From assembly GCF_000143415.4 (NCBI RefSeq), contig NW_003314273.1:630074-694073 (forward strand): DNA of 64,000 nt, in the 5' to 3' direction. Shown here one piece after another: positions 21,222-36,175 of the stretch. The stretch is from Selaginella moellendorffii (lineage: Eukaryota > Plantae > Lycopodiophyta). The translations under genes were made by a program, and so were the position numbers. Below the pieces are notes generated by a model. That model was not told the origin of the DNA. It did no database searches and saw only the letters and a list, made by a program, of their open reading frames with translations. Position 1 is the first letter of the stretch; each line of letters starts with the position of its first letter.

Positions 21222-23684
21222 ATGGAGAAGCCGGGGCATCTCAAGGCGGTGGACGGGGTTTGATCGTCGAGAGCTTGATTCTCGTCTCATTCTTGCTCGA
21301 TTTTATGCCAGGTGCTGCTTACAGCTCATGAGGCGGAGCACATTGTGGAGAATCTCAAGTGTTTCTCGGTGAAAGAGGCATGGATTGTCTTGCATTTCGT
21401 TTTTCTGTGAAGTTTTGCTGTCAGGTGGGATGTCCTGCGTGGATGAAGCAACACCGGAAGCTAGAAAAGCTTAATCTCCAGGTTTGTCTAGATCGCGATC
21501 GTTGTGATGCGTGATTCTTTTTGTTTCTTTTGATCAGGCCCATTATAACACTATAGCTCACTGTGACGAGTTCATTATGGAGGTGAGATCTCGATTCTTG
21601 TGTAGATAAACACTTGTTTGATCGTCTTTTCTTCTTTCTTTGTGCTGCAGGCTTTGCTTTCGTTTGAAAAGCTAGGAGTTTTGATTCATGAGCTTCTTGC
21701 TATCGAGGTAATACAAATATCTATCTATCTATGGAGCTCACTCGATCGTTGTGACAAGCGTAGATCTGGAAAGAGAAGGTCTTGCCTCATATAATGAAGC
21801 ACTTGGCTGGAATGTCATCTACAATAAGGCTGAGCCTGATTTTCTATCAGGAAGTAACAGTTATAAAGTTGTTTGAGGTGCGATAGACGAAATTTGGAAG
21901 CCCGTAGTGTTAACAAGAGTTAGTTTCCCTCGCAGATCATGCTCTTTCACAAGGAAGCGTGTAAAGCACTGGGTAGCAGCAACCTTCTTGAGGTATGGTT
22001 TCCACTTCTTTTTTGTTGCTATAACTTTTTGTTTCTCGCAGCTTGTTGATTATTGCTATCGAAAACTGGTGTATCTCAACACAAATGCTTCAAAAGACGC
22101 CGCTTATAAAGGTTTTGCTTAGATCCTTCAAAAAATGCTGAGTCTTAAGAATGGATATTTACCTTTGGATCTTTGGATGAACAGAAAGAACTGCCCAGCA
22201 AGTCATGTCTCTAAAGCCAGAACTTGAGATGGAAGAAAAGGTTAGTGTCGATTTTACGCAATTCGCTGCCATAGTTGAATTGACTTAGAGAGCTTCGGTG
22301 ACTTCCAGGCTGGCGAGATACAGTTTGGCTGTGCCATCGCGTCCTTGACAATTTTGCGGTACATGCTGTCTGCTGTTGCTGATAACATAAAACGTGAACG
22401 TTTCTAATCAAAGGCATGAGCTGATTCACTCTCTGACTTTTGATCATTTCTTTTTCCTGTTTTTGTTTATCTAGGTACTTCAGCGATTATGTCAATGATC
22501 TTCCTCCAGGAGTGATGGTTAGATCGACAATCAGGTGTTATTTTATCATTCTGAGCTATGAATGCACAGGCCCGGCTGATTGACACGCATGATGTGATTA
22601 TGGGGCTTGTCAACCTTGTGGAGTCGCCCCCATGGGAAAGACGAAGAAATCTTAAAGCCAAAGTCGTGGTACGTTTTACAAATTATCAGCTCACAACATT
22701 TTTCTTCTTTTGAATTTGGAATACTAGACAGAAAAGTATGAGGAAGGAAAATGGGTTGAGGTTACTCCACAAGATCGGTTCAGGATTTTCAAGTCTGAAG
22801 CACAGGTAATTCTTAATTCCTCTCGAATTGTCAAGGCGATTGAGTGTCGATCTTTGCAGGTCTGGCTGGCATTGAATAATCTTGTTGCAGACATTCAGTG
22901 CCGTGCTAGATACACCTACGATGACTTCCGCCAGGCTCAAGTCTTGAAGGTAGAAGGTTCTCTTCCTTGTCTTCTGTCCCTGCCTGACACCGGGATCCAC
23001 TCCAGCTGCGAAAGTATCTGAATGAAATGGTGCTGGAGCAGCTGCCGGTTTTGAAGGATTTACAATGGGTAACACTGTAGCTGAAATCACCGATTCAACA
23101 TTTGTGTTTATACAGGCTTTAGAAGAAATTTCTCTCAAAGTGTTTGCGACGGAGGAGGACCGAAGAACTGCACACTTGATCATGGAGGAGGTACGAATAC
23201 CAGAGTTCTCGATGTTACAAAGGCGTTGACATTGACGACATTACTTCAGATACCGGAAATGAGAACAGCGCTGCTTGCCAGACGAGACTGGAGTAAGCTT
23301 AGTTTTCGAAAAAAGAAGTTGGCAAATGCTCGTTTTCTCTTGTTTTTTCAGGACAACTTGCTGAAGATCAGATAGAGATGATACGATCCGACCCACGATT
23401 GAGTGGCGATTCCCCGGCAGAGCTGGACGAACTAATGCGGATGTTCCAGTTTGGCGAGTCCATGGATACGCCCAAGTGCGCAGATTGCGGCGCTCCAGCG
23501 GAGAAACGATGCTCACGCTGTAAAAATGATTGGTGAGCTTGCAAAATTCGATCGATTCCAAGAGAAATTTGTAAAACGTTTTTGCTCTTCCAGGTATTGT
23601 GGCCGGAGCTGCCAAGTCGCAAACTGGAAGATCCACAAGAAGATATGTGACTTGGTCTCAAGCGCTAACACGAAGAGCTCCTAG
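21222..23684 (+). CDS. ZMYND10: Zinc finger MYND domain protein 10 (BLU), axonemal dynein assembly factor; many small exons
   Basis: Spliced translation gives AWMKQHRKLEKLNLQAH, LIHELLAIEIWKEKVLP, LLELVDYCYRKL, and a C-terminal MYND finger CADC...RCSRCKNDW|YCGRSCQVANWKIHKKIC. Confidence 0.9.
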
Positions 23685-23782
23685 CCTAGCGACGCTTTAG
23701 CGCCAACGTTTGAATTTAAACGTGGAGCTGACGGGGCTGCTGACGTGGATCCTACGCGGGCGCTGTCCCCAAAACCCTGGCT

Positions 23783-26700
23783 ATGGCCGCGCTAGCGAGC
23801 TCGTACTGCTGCGCGTTTAGGTTCCGCCGGGAGAAATGCCGCGCGATTCTCGGGTGTGGCGAGCGGCGCCTGGCGTCTGGCAATGCCGCTGGATTGATCG
23901 TATTGATGGGATGCGTTCCTTGCGAAATAGGCTCCTCGCGGCTTGTTCTTGTGAAAGCGTCGGCGGCAGGGGCATCCAGTGATGAGCCACTACCCGCTGG
24001 TAAGTAGTTTCGATTCGACTGCGCAACGATCTTACTAGTCATAGTTCTTGGATTTAAGATCCCGCAGCTAAACGCTCGCGCTCGACGAAGAAATCCAATG
24101 TGGAAGGGGGAACCCAGGCTCCAAAGAAGGCTTCTGCGAGGAAGAAGAAAACCACCGATTCTTCGGAAGAACAGGAGGCTGAGTCGCTAGGGGGTGGTGA
24201 AACTTCTACCATCCAGCGAGACAACGAGTTTGCTGCGACCAGGAGCTTGTACAGGAAGGTGATGAATGCCGAGGAGAAAGAGCTCCGTTTCTACTTCCTC
24301 GAGTCGCTCATGGAGAACGCGAGGAGTGGCAACATTGATGGTGTGGAGGAGGTCATGTCCGAGATGGACGTTGTTGGATTGAAACCGGGGCCTCGATCCT
24401 TCCATGGCCTCGTTGCTGCTTACGCTCAAGCGAATGACGTTGAAGGAGCGGTAAGTTTCTCTCCTTTTTCTTCCTCTCCGCTAGAGATTACGAGATGGCT
24501 ACTTAGCTTTTCTCTTTTCTTTCAGTGCAGCTTCAGGCTTTGAGGAAGGAAATCGCGTCGGGAGAGACGCCTCTGCAAGAGACTTTCGTTGCCGTCGCGA
24601 GGCTGCTTGGACGTGCTGGCCTTCGTGATCGAGCGGAGAAAATTCTCGGAGCTATTGAAGGTGCAAACCTGGATACTCGTACTGCTTGGGTGGTGACTTG
24701 TGGTACGTTTTTTATTCTTCTTTATCTTTTCCGTTGTTGAATGGATCTGGATTCTGCGCAGAGGAGCTTTTCAATGCTGGATACTTGAACGAAGCAAATG
24801 ACCTTTTTATGAAAGGTGCAAATGGTGGTTTCAGAGCCAGTGAGCATTTGTACGACATATTGGTCGAGGAAAACTGCAAAACCGGCAAGCATGGTGTTGC
24901 CATAAATATTTTGAGGTCGATGGAATCAAGAGGAAGGCTGGCCACTACCTTCCATTACAATTGTTTGCTTCTTGCTCAGGTAAAAGTTTTTAAAATCTTG
25001 GTTTCTATTTACACTTTTGACAGGGAAATGCCAATTTTCCAGACATTGCAGAAGACACTTTTGAAGAGATGCAGTACCTAAGACGTGAGTCCATACGTTT
25101 TACGTGCTCAATGACTCACAAAGTGCCTTGTGCTTGCAGCGGACACGAAACCCGATACCGAGTCATTTAACCTTATGATACAAGCTCAAACACGTTGTGA
25201 CAACGGAGAAAGGTGTGTTTGGTCACGCGTATAGAGATGCTAACGTCCTTCCATTCACAGGGTTCATGAAGTCATAGTGCTGATAGGACACATGACGGAG
25301 CTGTATCCTCAAGTGAAGCCAAATGCTCGAACATATGCGTAAGTGAGTCTAATCATTATAAACATTTCCTGTTTCCTACGTTCGATATGCAGACTGATCG
25401 TTGAATGCTACGTGAAATTTAACTTCATGGACGAGGCAATGCGTCATTTTCGGGCTCTCACAAAATTATTCCCAGGTTCTCTACACGTTCTCCATTGTGA
25501 TGGGAAGCACGGTGATCCTCTCTCGCTGCTGATACGCTCGCTTTGCTTGGAAGGTAACTTGGAAAAAAAAATGATTCTGTGTTCATTGCTATTGCTTATG
25601 CAGGTAGAATTGTACAGCTTGTCGAAGTTTTGGATTTGATGCTACAAGAAGGCCTGAAATTAACTCCAAGAGCTATGTTTATGAATCGAAAGGGACGCAC
25701 GTTAGTAAGCTCGTGGATTGAGCCCATACAGGAGGAAGCAGACATAGGATGCGAAATTGATTTTGTTGCACGGTCAGTTTTCTTTCTTACAGTTTATTTC
25801 ATGCTCTTGATACGAAGCTTGTAATTTGCAGTTACATAGCAGAAGGTGGTCTAACTGGCACACGGAGAAGATGGACGCCCGCTGCTCGTAAGGATCCAAA
25901 CAGGATTCTACCCGATTATGATGGCTACAGATTTTCACCTCCAGTGGAGAAGTCTTACAAACAGTACTGCAGCATAAAGCGACAAGAATATAAGCGAAAG
26001 CTGATTCATTTGTTGCAATTTGAAGGCGTCTATGCCTTGGGGGAAAATGCCAGGGAAGAAGAGTACACTGCAATACTAGAGAGGCTGAAAAAAGAGAACG
26101 TCCGGAAGAGACTTAGTGACGTTCGAAAGCCCAAGGCAGCAAGTAAGCTTTCTGTTGCTGAAATGAAGGAAGAACTTGAAGCTCAGGGTCTTCCAACGGA
26201 CGGGAACAGAAGGCTCCTGTATCAAAGGGTTCAAAAGGCGCGCAGGATAAATCTGGCCAAAGGAGCGCCTTTGTGGATGCCACCGGAAGAAGAAACTATC
26301 GAAGAGGTCTGTCTTCTCAAGCAATTTTTTAAAATTCTTTTTCTAAGGCTTCCATCGTTGTATTGCAGGTAGATGAAGAGTTTGAAACAGTCTTGGCTAA
26401 AATAGATCTGAGAAACCCGAGACAACAATATCGACGAAAATGCTTTATTGAAGGAGTGGGACTTGAAAACTTGTACAAAGAAAATCCACGAATGGTGATC
26501 GAGGAGTCGGACAGCGAGATGGAGGAGGACGCTGAAGCAGAGCCACGAGAGGTAGAAGGACATGTAGTCAGGGAAGATGAAGAAGAGATTATTCAACCCG
26601 TTGACGGTGGTGAGGTTGATGAAACAACAGAAGCATCGAAAACAACAGACGACGAAGACGAAGAAGAAGAGGAAGTCGTGGTAAGTGCTCCAAGATTCCT

Positions 26701-27369
26701 TCTACATTTGTGAGGATCACATTTTCGCTTTTGTAGGAGGTGAGCCCTGCTGTAGTTGGCAATGAACCAGCGTCGGACAACATCGAGGGAGCCTACAAGC
26801 CATTGACGCTGGAAGAGAAGCGTGCAGAGCTTGCTGCAATGAAGTTCGACTTTAGAGAAATGGACGAGATTGAGGAGATATGGGGATGGACCTGGGAAAG
26901 AGATCTACAAGCTCAACCTCCGGAGATATGGACGCGCAAGCGCGAAGTTGAGCTGAGCATTCAGCTGCTGGACAAGGCAAGTTTCGTCCTTACGATTTTT
27001 CGAGCTTTGGAAGTGCTAAATACTTTGTCTCCTCAGGTTCTCGAGCTGGGAGGAAGTCCTACGTTAAGCGACTGTGCCATGCTTGTCCGGAACGCGATGA
27101 AACTCCCATGGCCGGAATCAGTCGTCACGCTGATCAGAAAGTCTCACAAATGTGGACACAAATTTGGAAGGCAAGTGCTTAGCTTCTAAAGTTTTTGTTC
27201 TTCTCAAAGTTTTTGCTCTCTCTCTCGCAGCAAGCTCTACGAGGACGCGGTTATGTCGTGCTTGTCCGTCCAAGAGAACGATGCCGCCATCGCCATTCTC
27301 ACAGACATGGAAGAGTCCGGAGTTAGCACTCCAAACGAGCTGCTAGGCCGGGTCCTTCCAGATAACTAA
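23783..27369 (+). CDS. PTAC3: Plastid transcriptionally active 3 (PAP1): PPR-like repeats plus SAP domain, PEP-associated protein
   Basis: Transit-peptide-like N-terminus; GLKPGPRSFHGLV, LATTFHYNCLL, GRTLVSSWIEPIQEEA, SAP domain LSVAEMKEELEAQGLPTDGNRRLLYQRVQKAR, WGWTWER, VLELGGSPTLSDCA; stop TAA at 27367-27369. Confidence 0.92.
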
Positions 27370-27388
27370 TCTAAAATCTCCCATTAGA

Positions 27389-27410
27389 CACGTGGCATAA
27401 GCTAGGGTTT
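27389..27410. promoter_or_regulatory. G-box (CACGTG, 27389-27394) and telo-box (TAGGGTTT, 27403-27410) in the 53-bp pTAC3-MYST gap
   Basis: Both motifs are read directly; their function is inferred. Confidence 0.45.
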
Positions 27411-27422
27411 TGGGGCTTGGCA

Positions 27423-29500
<2,078 letters not shown>

Positions 29501-29506
29501 CGTAGT

Positions 29507-30076
29507 TTAGAGGGACCGAAGGAGGACTGTAAGAGACGTGAGTAGGACTACAGATGATGCAGCTGTGACAGTTGAGAGCAGGGACAAGATTATAAGAACT
29601 TTGCTCGGCCTCATATTCAACAGCTGTTCGTGTAGGAGTCCCAGAAGTAGCGATATCTCTAGTTGGATAGCAGGATAGCAGTTCTTCTCCCAAGGCATCC
29701 ACTCCGACTTTGAAGCTTCGTCAGAATTAGCACCATCTTCTCGCAGCTGGACCTGGCGAATCCTTTCTCTCAGCAGCAGCATGTCACTAGCAAAGTTTGT
29801 GCTACTGAACCCGTCTACGGCTGAGTCCTCACCGCGACTTTCCGACACCTTTACCTCACGGATTCGTTCACTCAGCAGCCGCATCTCCCTTTTCAAACCA
29901 TCTGCACTGAAGCGACTATCGGAAGAAGAAAACGAAGACGAACTAAAGTCTAGAGACATCTGGACTCTGGCACGCCTAGTGCGATGGAGAACGGGCCTAG
30001 AACGGCACAGGTTTTTCCTCAGCGTCCTAGAATTCACAAGGAGCAGAGCTGATGAAGAGCTACTGAGAAGATCCAT
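29507..30076 (-). CDS. Small plant-specific protein (M-x-x-LRERI...WMPWEK...LLNMRP family), probable transit peptide and C-terminal TM
   Basis: Intronless 189-aa ORF; Ser/Arg-rich N-terminus; MLLLRERIRQV, SEWMPWEKNCY, LLNMRP; hydrophobic C-terminus. Confidence 0.75.
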   Translation of the reverse strand: MDLLSSSSSALLLVNSRTLRKNLCRSRPVLHRTRRARVQMSLDFSSSSFSSSDSRFSADGLKREMRLLSERIREVKVSESRGEDSAVDGFSSTNFASDMLLLRERIRQVQLREDGANSDEASKSEWMPWEKNCYPAIQLEISLLLGLLHEQLLNMRPSKVLIILSLLSTVTAASSVVLLTSLTVLLRSL

Positions 30077-30847
30077 GGCCGAAGATTCAGACTGCGATGT
30101 TGGAAAAGCCTAGCAGCTTAAATGAGAGACCATTCAAGCTCCAGGACAAGAACAGGAAGGCTGCGGAGAAGGTTCGTTGTCCGCGGGAATTTACAACTGT
30201 TTCTTAGCGTTGTCTGGACATTTCTGCCGTTCCGTATCCAGATAGCTTCGAAGTAGTCATCAAGAACAGGAAGCCTGCTAGCAAACAAAGCTGGGTAGAG
30301 CTAGCTACCTCTCGGACGGCTCTTCAGAAGAATGTGGGTCAGTCAGCGTGCTGTCGTCTTCTCGGGTAAGTGCGAGTTTTATGCTTCACGTTTTAGTTTC
30401 TTTTCGATTTTTTACGACTTCTGGAGTGCAGATCTCTTGCTTTATTCTCGAAAGATTGGCCAACAAGAAGGAAACTGTTTGTCTTCTGACGAGGTAGCTA
30501 CCTAGCTTCTTTTTTTTTTTCAATTCGATCGTGTTATCGTGACGGAACTTCTTCTCTTTGACAGGACTTCTATCTTTGGCAACTACTGTGCAAGAATCAA
30601 TTTGTGTTGAATTTACAGGAGTGAGTATATGGTCTCTGGAGCTACCATACGGAGTCATGCTGAGACACTTGTTGGTGCGGGTTCATGAACGGGACAGGAG
30701 CAGAATAGTGTGGGTGAGATACCACCAGCCGTATTATCGGGTCGATCACCTCGTCATTGTCACTGCTCCATGTCGGTGAATTGCCTGCTTTGACAAACTA
30801 TATCGGTAAGCCTCTTCATTTCATCCGCTAACTCAAAGCTTACTCAC

Positions 30848-32107
30848 TCACTGTGTACCTTTAGGAGCCGGGTAGAAATCGTTGTTTCGCCCTGGAGCCA
30901 TTAGCAAGCAGTTACCTTCATCCTGAACGATACGCTCTTGTGAGGAAACTGGCTCAGCAGTCTGCAGCAGCTCCAGACACAGCTTGAGCTTACTGTGGTC
31001 CGCCGGTGCTCCACCTTCCGACGCTAAAGTCAGTGCTTGGAACACATGACTTTGCACCATGTCCAGAGCGGTGGTTCCTGCTGGAGAACGTACGTGTGGG
31101 CTCGCATGGTGGTCGAGCAAAACCGCTATCATCTCTGGATCAGCGAGTTCTCCAGCAATGTGTAGAGGTGTCCTTCCTTCGACATCGACAGCGTTGACAT
31201 CGGCGGCTCCGAGCTGTAGCAGGATGCTCACAACTTTTCGGCTGCAGTGCGCGACAGCATAGTGAAGAGCGAACGTTTTGTCGAGGCTGAGGCCTTCCTC
31301 CATGACCAGAAGCTTCACCAGCTCAACATCCGACGAATCCAGTGCCTTTTGCATCCTCCGTGTCCGTTGCTCGTCCAGCGAGTCGCTGCAATCGGCTCTG
31401 GAGGCATTGTAGTAGCCACATTTATGTCGGATGGCTTCTATCTCGGCAGCTATCTCCACCGGTACATGTTTCTCTAGCGCTTCCGTTGACAGGCCAGACT
31501 TGGCTATAAGCTTGGAACACACTGACCACAGTTGGAGCAGGTCCTGCTCGCGAGCTGTGACAAGGATTCTCATGGCGTCCTCGATCGATGCCTTCTCAGC
31601 CATCGCAGCCAGCTCCTTCTGTTGTAAAGGTAAAGAAGTTGGATTACTTAAATCATTGGCTTCTCTCTCTCTCTCTTTCTTACAGACCTGTACCAAGACG
31701 GAGAGCTCGTCAATGCCAAACATTTGAGCGGCATGAAGGGCTTCCAGCGCGAAGTCGACCGCGGCTCTACATTGTGAATGCCAACAAGAGCTTTCCTTGC
31801 ACCCTCTGTCAGGCTGAGAATTCGAAGGTAGCAAACATAGCTGACCACTGTAGAGAAATCGCAACGTGAGCATGAAGGCGTCGTGGCCGACTGCCGAGAC
31901 CGGCATAACCAGGGGGGCTTGCGTTGGTCCATTGCTAGTCAGCACCATCCGGAAGAATCGACTCCGTGCAGCCAGGACACACTTGTGAGCATAGACGTGC
32001 CTCCCGTCGATTGCAAATGCAACGTCACTGAAGGCCTGGCCATTATCTAGGAGGTTCGAGAAGTCCTCTGCCAGTTGCTTCAAAGGCTCCGAATCCTCGA
32101 GACTCAT
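30848..32107 (-). CDS. BOP: BLADE-ON-PETIOLE-like BTB/POZ-ankyrin protein (NPR family); one in-frame intron at ~31620-31688
   Basis: NLLDNGQAFSDVAF, AHKCVLAARS, C..SSCWHSQC.AAVD, MAEKASIED, RMQKALDSSDVELVKLLVMEEGLSLD, ALHYAVAHC, GRTPLHIA, KLKLCLELLQ. Confidence 0.93.
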   Translation of the reverse strand: MSLEDSEPLKQLAEDFSNLLDNGQAFSDVAFAIDGRHVYAHKCVLAARSRFFRMVLTSNGPTQAPLVMPVSAVGHDAFMLTLRFLYSGQLCLLPSNSQPDRGCKESSCWHSQCRAAVDFALEALHAAQMFGIDELSVLVQVCKKEREREANDLSNPTSLPLQQKELAAMAEKASIEDAMRILVTAREQDLLQLWSVCSKLIAKSGLSTEALEKHVPVEIAAEIEAIRHKCGYYNASRADCSDSLDEQRTRRMQKALDSSDVELVKLLVMEEGLSLDKTFALHYAVAHCSRKVVSILLQLGAADVNAVDVEGRTPLHIAGELADPEMIAVLLDHHASPHVRSPAGTTALDMVQSHVFQALTLASEGGAPADHSKLKLCLELLQTAEPVSSQERIVQDEGNCLLMAPGRNNDFYPAPKGTQ

Positions 32108-34194
32108 TCCGGGAAACCTTTCTCAGAACAAACTAGCAGCGGAGCCGGGACTGCGAAATACCGTGTGAAGATCCTGAAGCAAAGCTGTGCAAGGATTCAT
32201 CTCATGAAGAACTCTATGCTCTTAGATGGCAAGAGATGGGGCGGGAAAAGTCTAAGACGATTATAAGAACTCAGCACTCAACTGGTCGTGATCAGCGAGA
32301 TCAAAAAGGTGAGAGGCTTCATACCTTTGAATTCTTTCTTCTGATTACACATCTGCTGATTCGATCGCTACAGGGATGTTTTGTGGCCGCGAAAAGGCAA
32401 CAAGAACGCTGTTTGTCCATTCATGGTGCTGTTCTTTCATTCTCTCCATTTCACACTTTTTTCTGTGCCTAGGAGTTGACTCGAGAGCTCTCTTTTTCTT
32501 TCTAGGAAGGCCGCTACCGCTCCTTACATTTTTTTTAGCATGGGGGATTGATGACTCGGTCTTTTCCTTATGCTAGGAAATGGACGGGTAAACGCTACTC
32601 CAGTTTTTTTCTTCGCGTTTGGTTTGTCTCGGTTGGATGATTGGCTTGGTCTTATTAACTTTCATATTTGCAGCTACCCGCCATTGGAAAGGGAAGAACC
32701 GGTCAAGGGGGCCCGATGATTGGGACTCTAGAGGTACACATCCAGTGCACACTTTTGTCTAGCACCTTGCTTTCACAGGTATGACTGGTTCATCGAGAAA
32801 AAGAATTTTTAAAGTTGGAAAAGATAACTAAAGGATGCGGTACGGAGACTTACGTTATCTCAGGTGGGGGTGTTAAAGCCAGAAAATTAACTTCCAAGCC
32901 AGCGAACCAGCCAGCGAGCGGAAGCTTTGGGTGCTGCGACCTTTTACGAGCAGCACAAACGAGGTCAAAAGCTCCGCTCACCGTGACGAGACTTATCAGG
33001 TAAGCGTCCGTTTCTTTTCTAAGAGGAGATTTTCTCTTGATTACAGCTTCTCTTTGGCAGACAACGGGATATAAAAAAGAGCATCGACAAAAAGGGGCAC
33101 TAGCATTACGTTGTAGGATCATCCTGGATCTATGCGAGACAGTTGAGCTGTTCCGGGGCTTGTTTCACGAGGCAGCATTGGGACGGTGAAAAATGCCTCT
33201 CCTAGTTTTTATTATGGGCACTGACATTCTCTTTCATTTGGCTCTCAGAGGCGGTACACATATCCGGAACTCCAGCCTCGAAAAGCTTTCTGGTAATCTG
33301 TGCCTGTCCCCTCTCTGTTTTTCTACCTAGTGATTCTCTTGTTTCTTTGTTAATGTGATGTTTACACTATACAGATATCCAACTTTTAAAGGGGGACCAT
33401 CTCGCCCTGCGCGTACAGTGTGTCGACATTCTGGAATGACATGGCGACACTCCCACCAAAGCTTTCGAGCGAGTTGCCGGACGCGAGTTTAGCAGCGGGA
33501 GGCGAGCATGTTGTCATCTTCCAGTGGTATGGAGACATCTCTTTTTCTTTTGCCGATTTGCAGTGGCCACTCCGTGTATAAAAATCCGTCCCTGTGCTTG
33601 TTTTTGCAGCAGCCAAGGATTGCAGGTTTCGGTGGTGCTGGTTCCAATTCAGGTCGCGGCTACGTTCCCTGTTGCTGGGCTCTGAATTGAAATCAGCGCC
33701 CTTGAAACTTTGCGATCCACACAGGGGGATATCGGTTCTATTTTCTCTCGATGTCTTTGGTGAGGTCTTTGTTTCCTCATGGTGTGGGAGATTAATAAGT
33801 TTTTGGCTCCTTTGGCAGCACTGGAACAAATACGTTACAACGCGTGAGGCAAGATGTTCGTCGTGGATCAATCAGGTACGAGGTTTTTTTATTTGGCGCT
33901 CAAAGCGTTAACTATAGTGGCAAAAAGTACTTATTTTACAAGCAGTGTTAGCTGGCCGGAAATCTGCGTTCCTAATAGTTGCATGGCTTCACAAACTTGT
34001 CCACTTGAAGACATCATACCAATTTAAGCTAAAATATAAACTAAGATCAAGTTTGACTCTGCAGAAGTTTTCACCTTCATTGACAATGAGTTGAAAGAAA
34101 GAGATTGATCGCAACAGAAACACCACCATGCTCCCCTTTGTGCTAATTGGCATGATATTTTTTTAATGTAAACAAAGAAGAAAAGCCTGGAACA

Positions 34195-35602
34195 TTAAAT
34201 CTTGGTGGCGATGTCTCGGCCAGGAACGCACACAACTCGAGCCGGGGTGTGTATGGCAGCATATTGGCCTTTTGAGCTCCTCTACATTAAGCGCTGTCGT
34301 CATCAACAGAGCACCACCACTTGTCTGTTGAAACAGACACACAAAAACTATTAAGAAAAAAGAATAACGTAAATAACTTCAGAAAAAAAGTAAGAAGGAA
34401 GCTGGCGATGTTGTTTTGTTTACCAGAGTTCTTGGGTTTTGGCTGTTGAGAGCCGAGATGTAAATCGCAGGCTTGGTCCCAACGTTGAGCTGAAAGTGAA
34501 CGATTTCAAGTCAGTGGTGAAGATTTCATGGTGGACATAAGTTATTCCTTGAGACTTTCGTAGAAACAAACGAAAGAACAAGCCATGAGTTTTGAGAACT
34601 GAAAAAACCTTCCAATCTTGCTACGAGATTTCGTGCTACGAGACTTCTTGCTTCGAAACAAAGTCAGCCTTTAAATATAAGTGTTCCCATCAAAAAGCCA
34701 AACAAGTCAAGGATATGATCATCATATCAAGATCAGATGTTCGCAATAGCCCGGTTCGTCCTTGAGATCCTTTTCAGTTTTTCGTTCGTCACAGGAAAAC
34801 CATGAGATCGCAGTGGTGAAGATTTCATGGTGGACATAAGTTATTCCTTGAGACTTTCGTAGAAACAAACGAAAGAACAAGCCATGAGTTCGAGGCCTGA
34901 AAAAAGAATACGTGATTCCAGAGATTGTCTGGGACGATTGCAGCCTCTCGTAAAGACACTTTGGCAACATGCATCCTCTCCCATTCAACCCCAACAAATT
35001 AGATATAAATGATACATCTCATGGTTTTCCTGTGACGAACGATGTACTTTCAGCTCAACGAGGTAGTTAGTTAGCACCTCGAACTCATGGCTTGTTCTTT
35101 CGTTTGTTTCTACGAAAGTCTCAAGGAATAACTTATGTCCACCATGAAATCTTCACCACTGCGATCTCATGGTTTTCCTGTGACGAACGAAAAACCTCAA
35201 GGACGAACCGGGCTATTGCGAACATCCCCCTTAACATCTCGTAGCACGAAATTCAAATTCCTTACAGCCTTCGAGTAACAATCTCTTTATCATATCTCGA
35301 CTTTTCTCATAGAAAAGGTTTTCAACCATTTGAAAAGTTAGTTGGGGCATCCCAAAGCACCACGAAAGTATCCAAGTCTTTTGTACCCAGGCGATCTCAT
35401 GGTTTTCCTGTGACGAACGATGCACTGAAAAGGATCTCAAGGACGAACCGGGCTATTGCGAACATCCCCCTTAACATCTCGTAGCACGAAATCGCTAAGA
35501 GCTCCCTACCCCGCGAAATCCCGCAGTGGATCGGGATTGGCAGCGACTAACACATTCAAGCACCCAAGATCACCACTGCCAACAAAGCTTCTTGAAATCC
35601 AA
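34195..35602 (-). pseudogene. Germin-like cupin pseudogene (copy A), internally scrambled
   Basis: Remnants of exon 4 (CVPGRDIATKI), exon 3 (ISALNSQNP), exon 2 and exon 1 (ANPDPLRDF), with duplicated and inverted pieces. Paralogous to 41934-42795. Confidence 0.8.
34736..35226. repeat. ~150-160-bp near-perfect inverted repeat (arms 34736-34895 and 35077-35226) made of germin gene fragments
   Basis: The right arm is the reverse complement of the left arm except for a ~10-nt deletion; ~180-nt loop. Confidence 0.9.
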
Positions 35603-36175
35603 CGGTAAAGAAAAAAAGTATCCAAATGCGATCAATGTCTCGTTGTGCTTGAGAAACAATAGGAGAAGAGAGAGAGAGGATCAAAGACGTGTAAAAAGGA
35701 AAAATAAGAACGAAATGAGGGAAGAGGACATCGAGCTTGCATGCATGCATTCAAGAGAACGTGTGTTTTTGGAAAAAAATTTAATTCAAATTCCTTACAG
35801 CCTTCGAGTAACAATCTCTTTATCATATCTCGACTTTTCTCATAGAAAAGGTTTTCAACCATTTGAAAAGTTAGTTGGGGCATCCCAGCCATTACATTTG
35901 CTCCATTAAGTCAAGCTTCGGTGATACAGCGATCAAGTCGCTCTCATCCTCTACCTAGTCGTTTTTGCAATAGAAACCACTTGATCAACCACTACCCAAG
36001 CAATTCTGCAATGAAATCAGTAGGTAGAGGGAAATCGTCCAGAAAATCCAGCAGCAGCACGAGACTTCTTGCTTCGAAACAAAGTCAGCCTTTAAATATA
36101 AGTGTTTCCATCAAAAAGCCAAACAAGTCAAGGATGGATCACTTTAGTTACAGTGGACAATGTAAACAAAGGACC

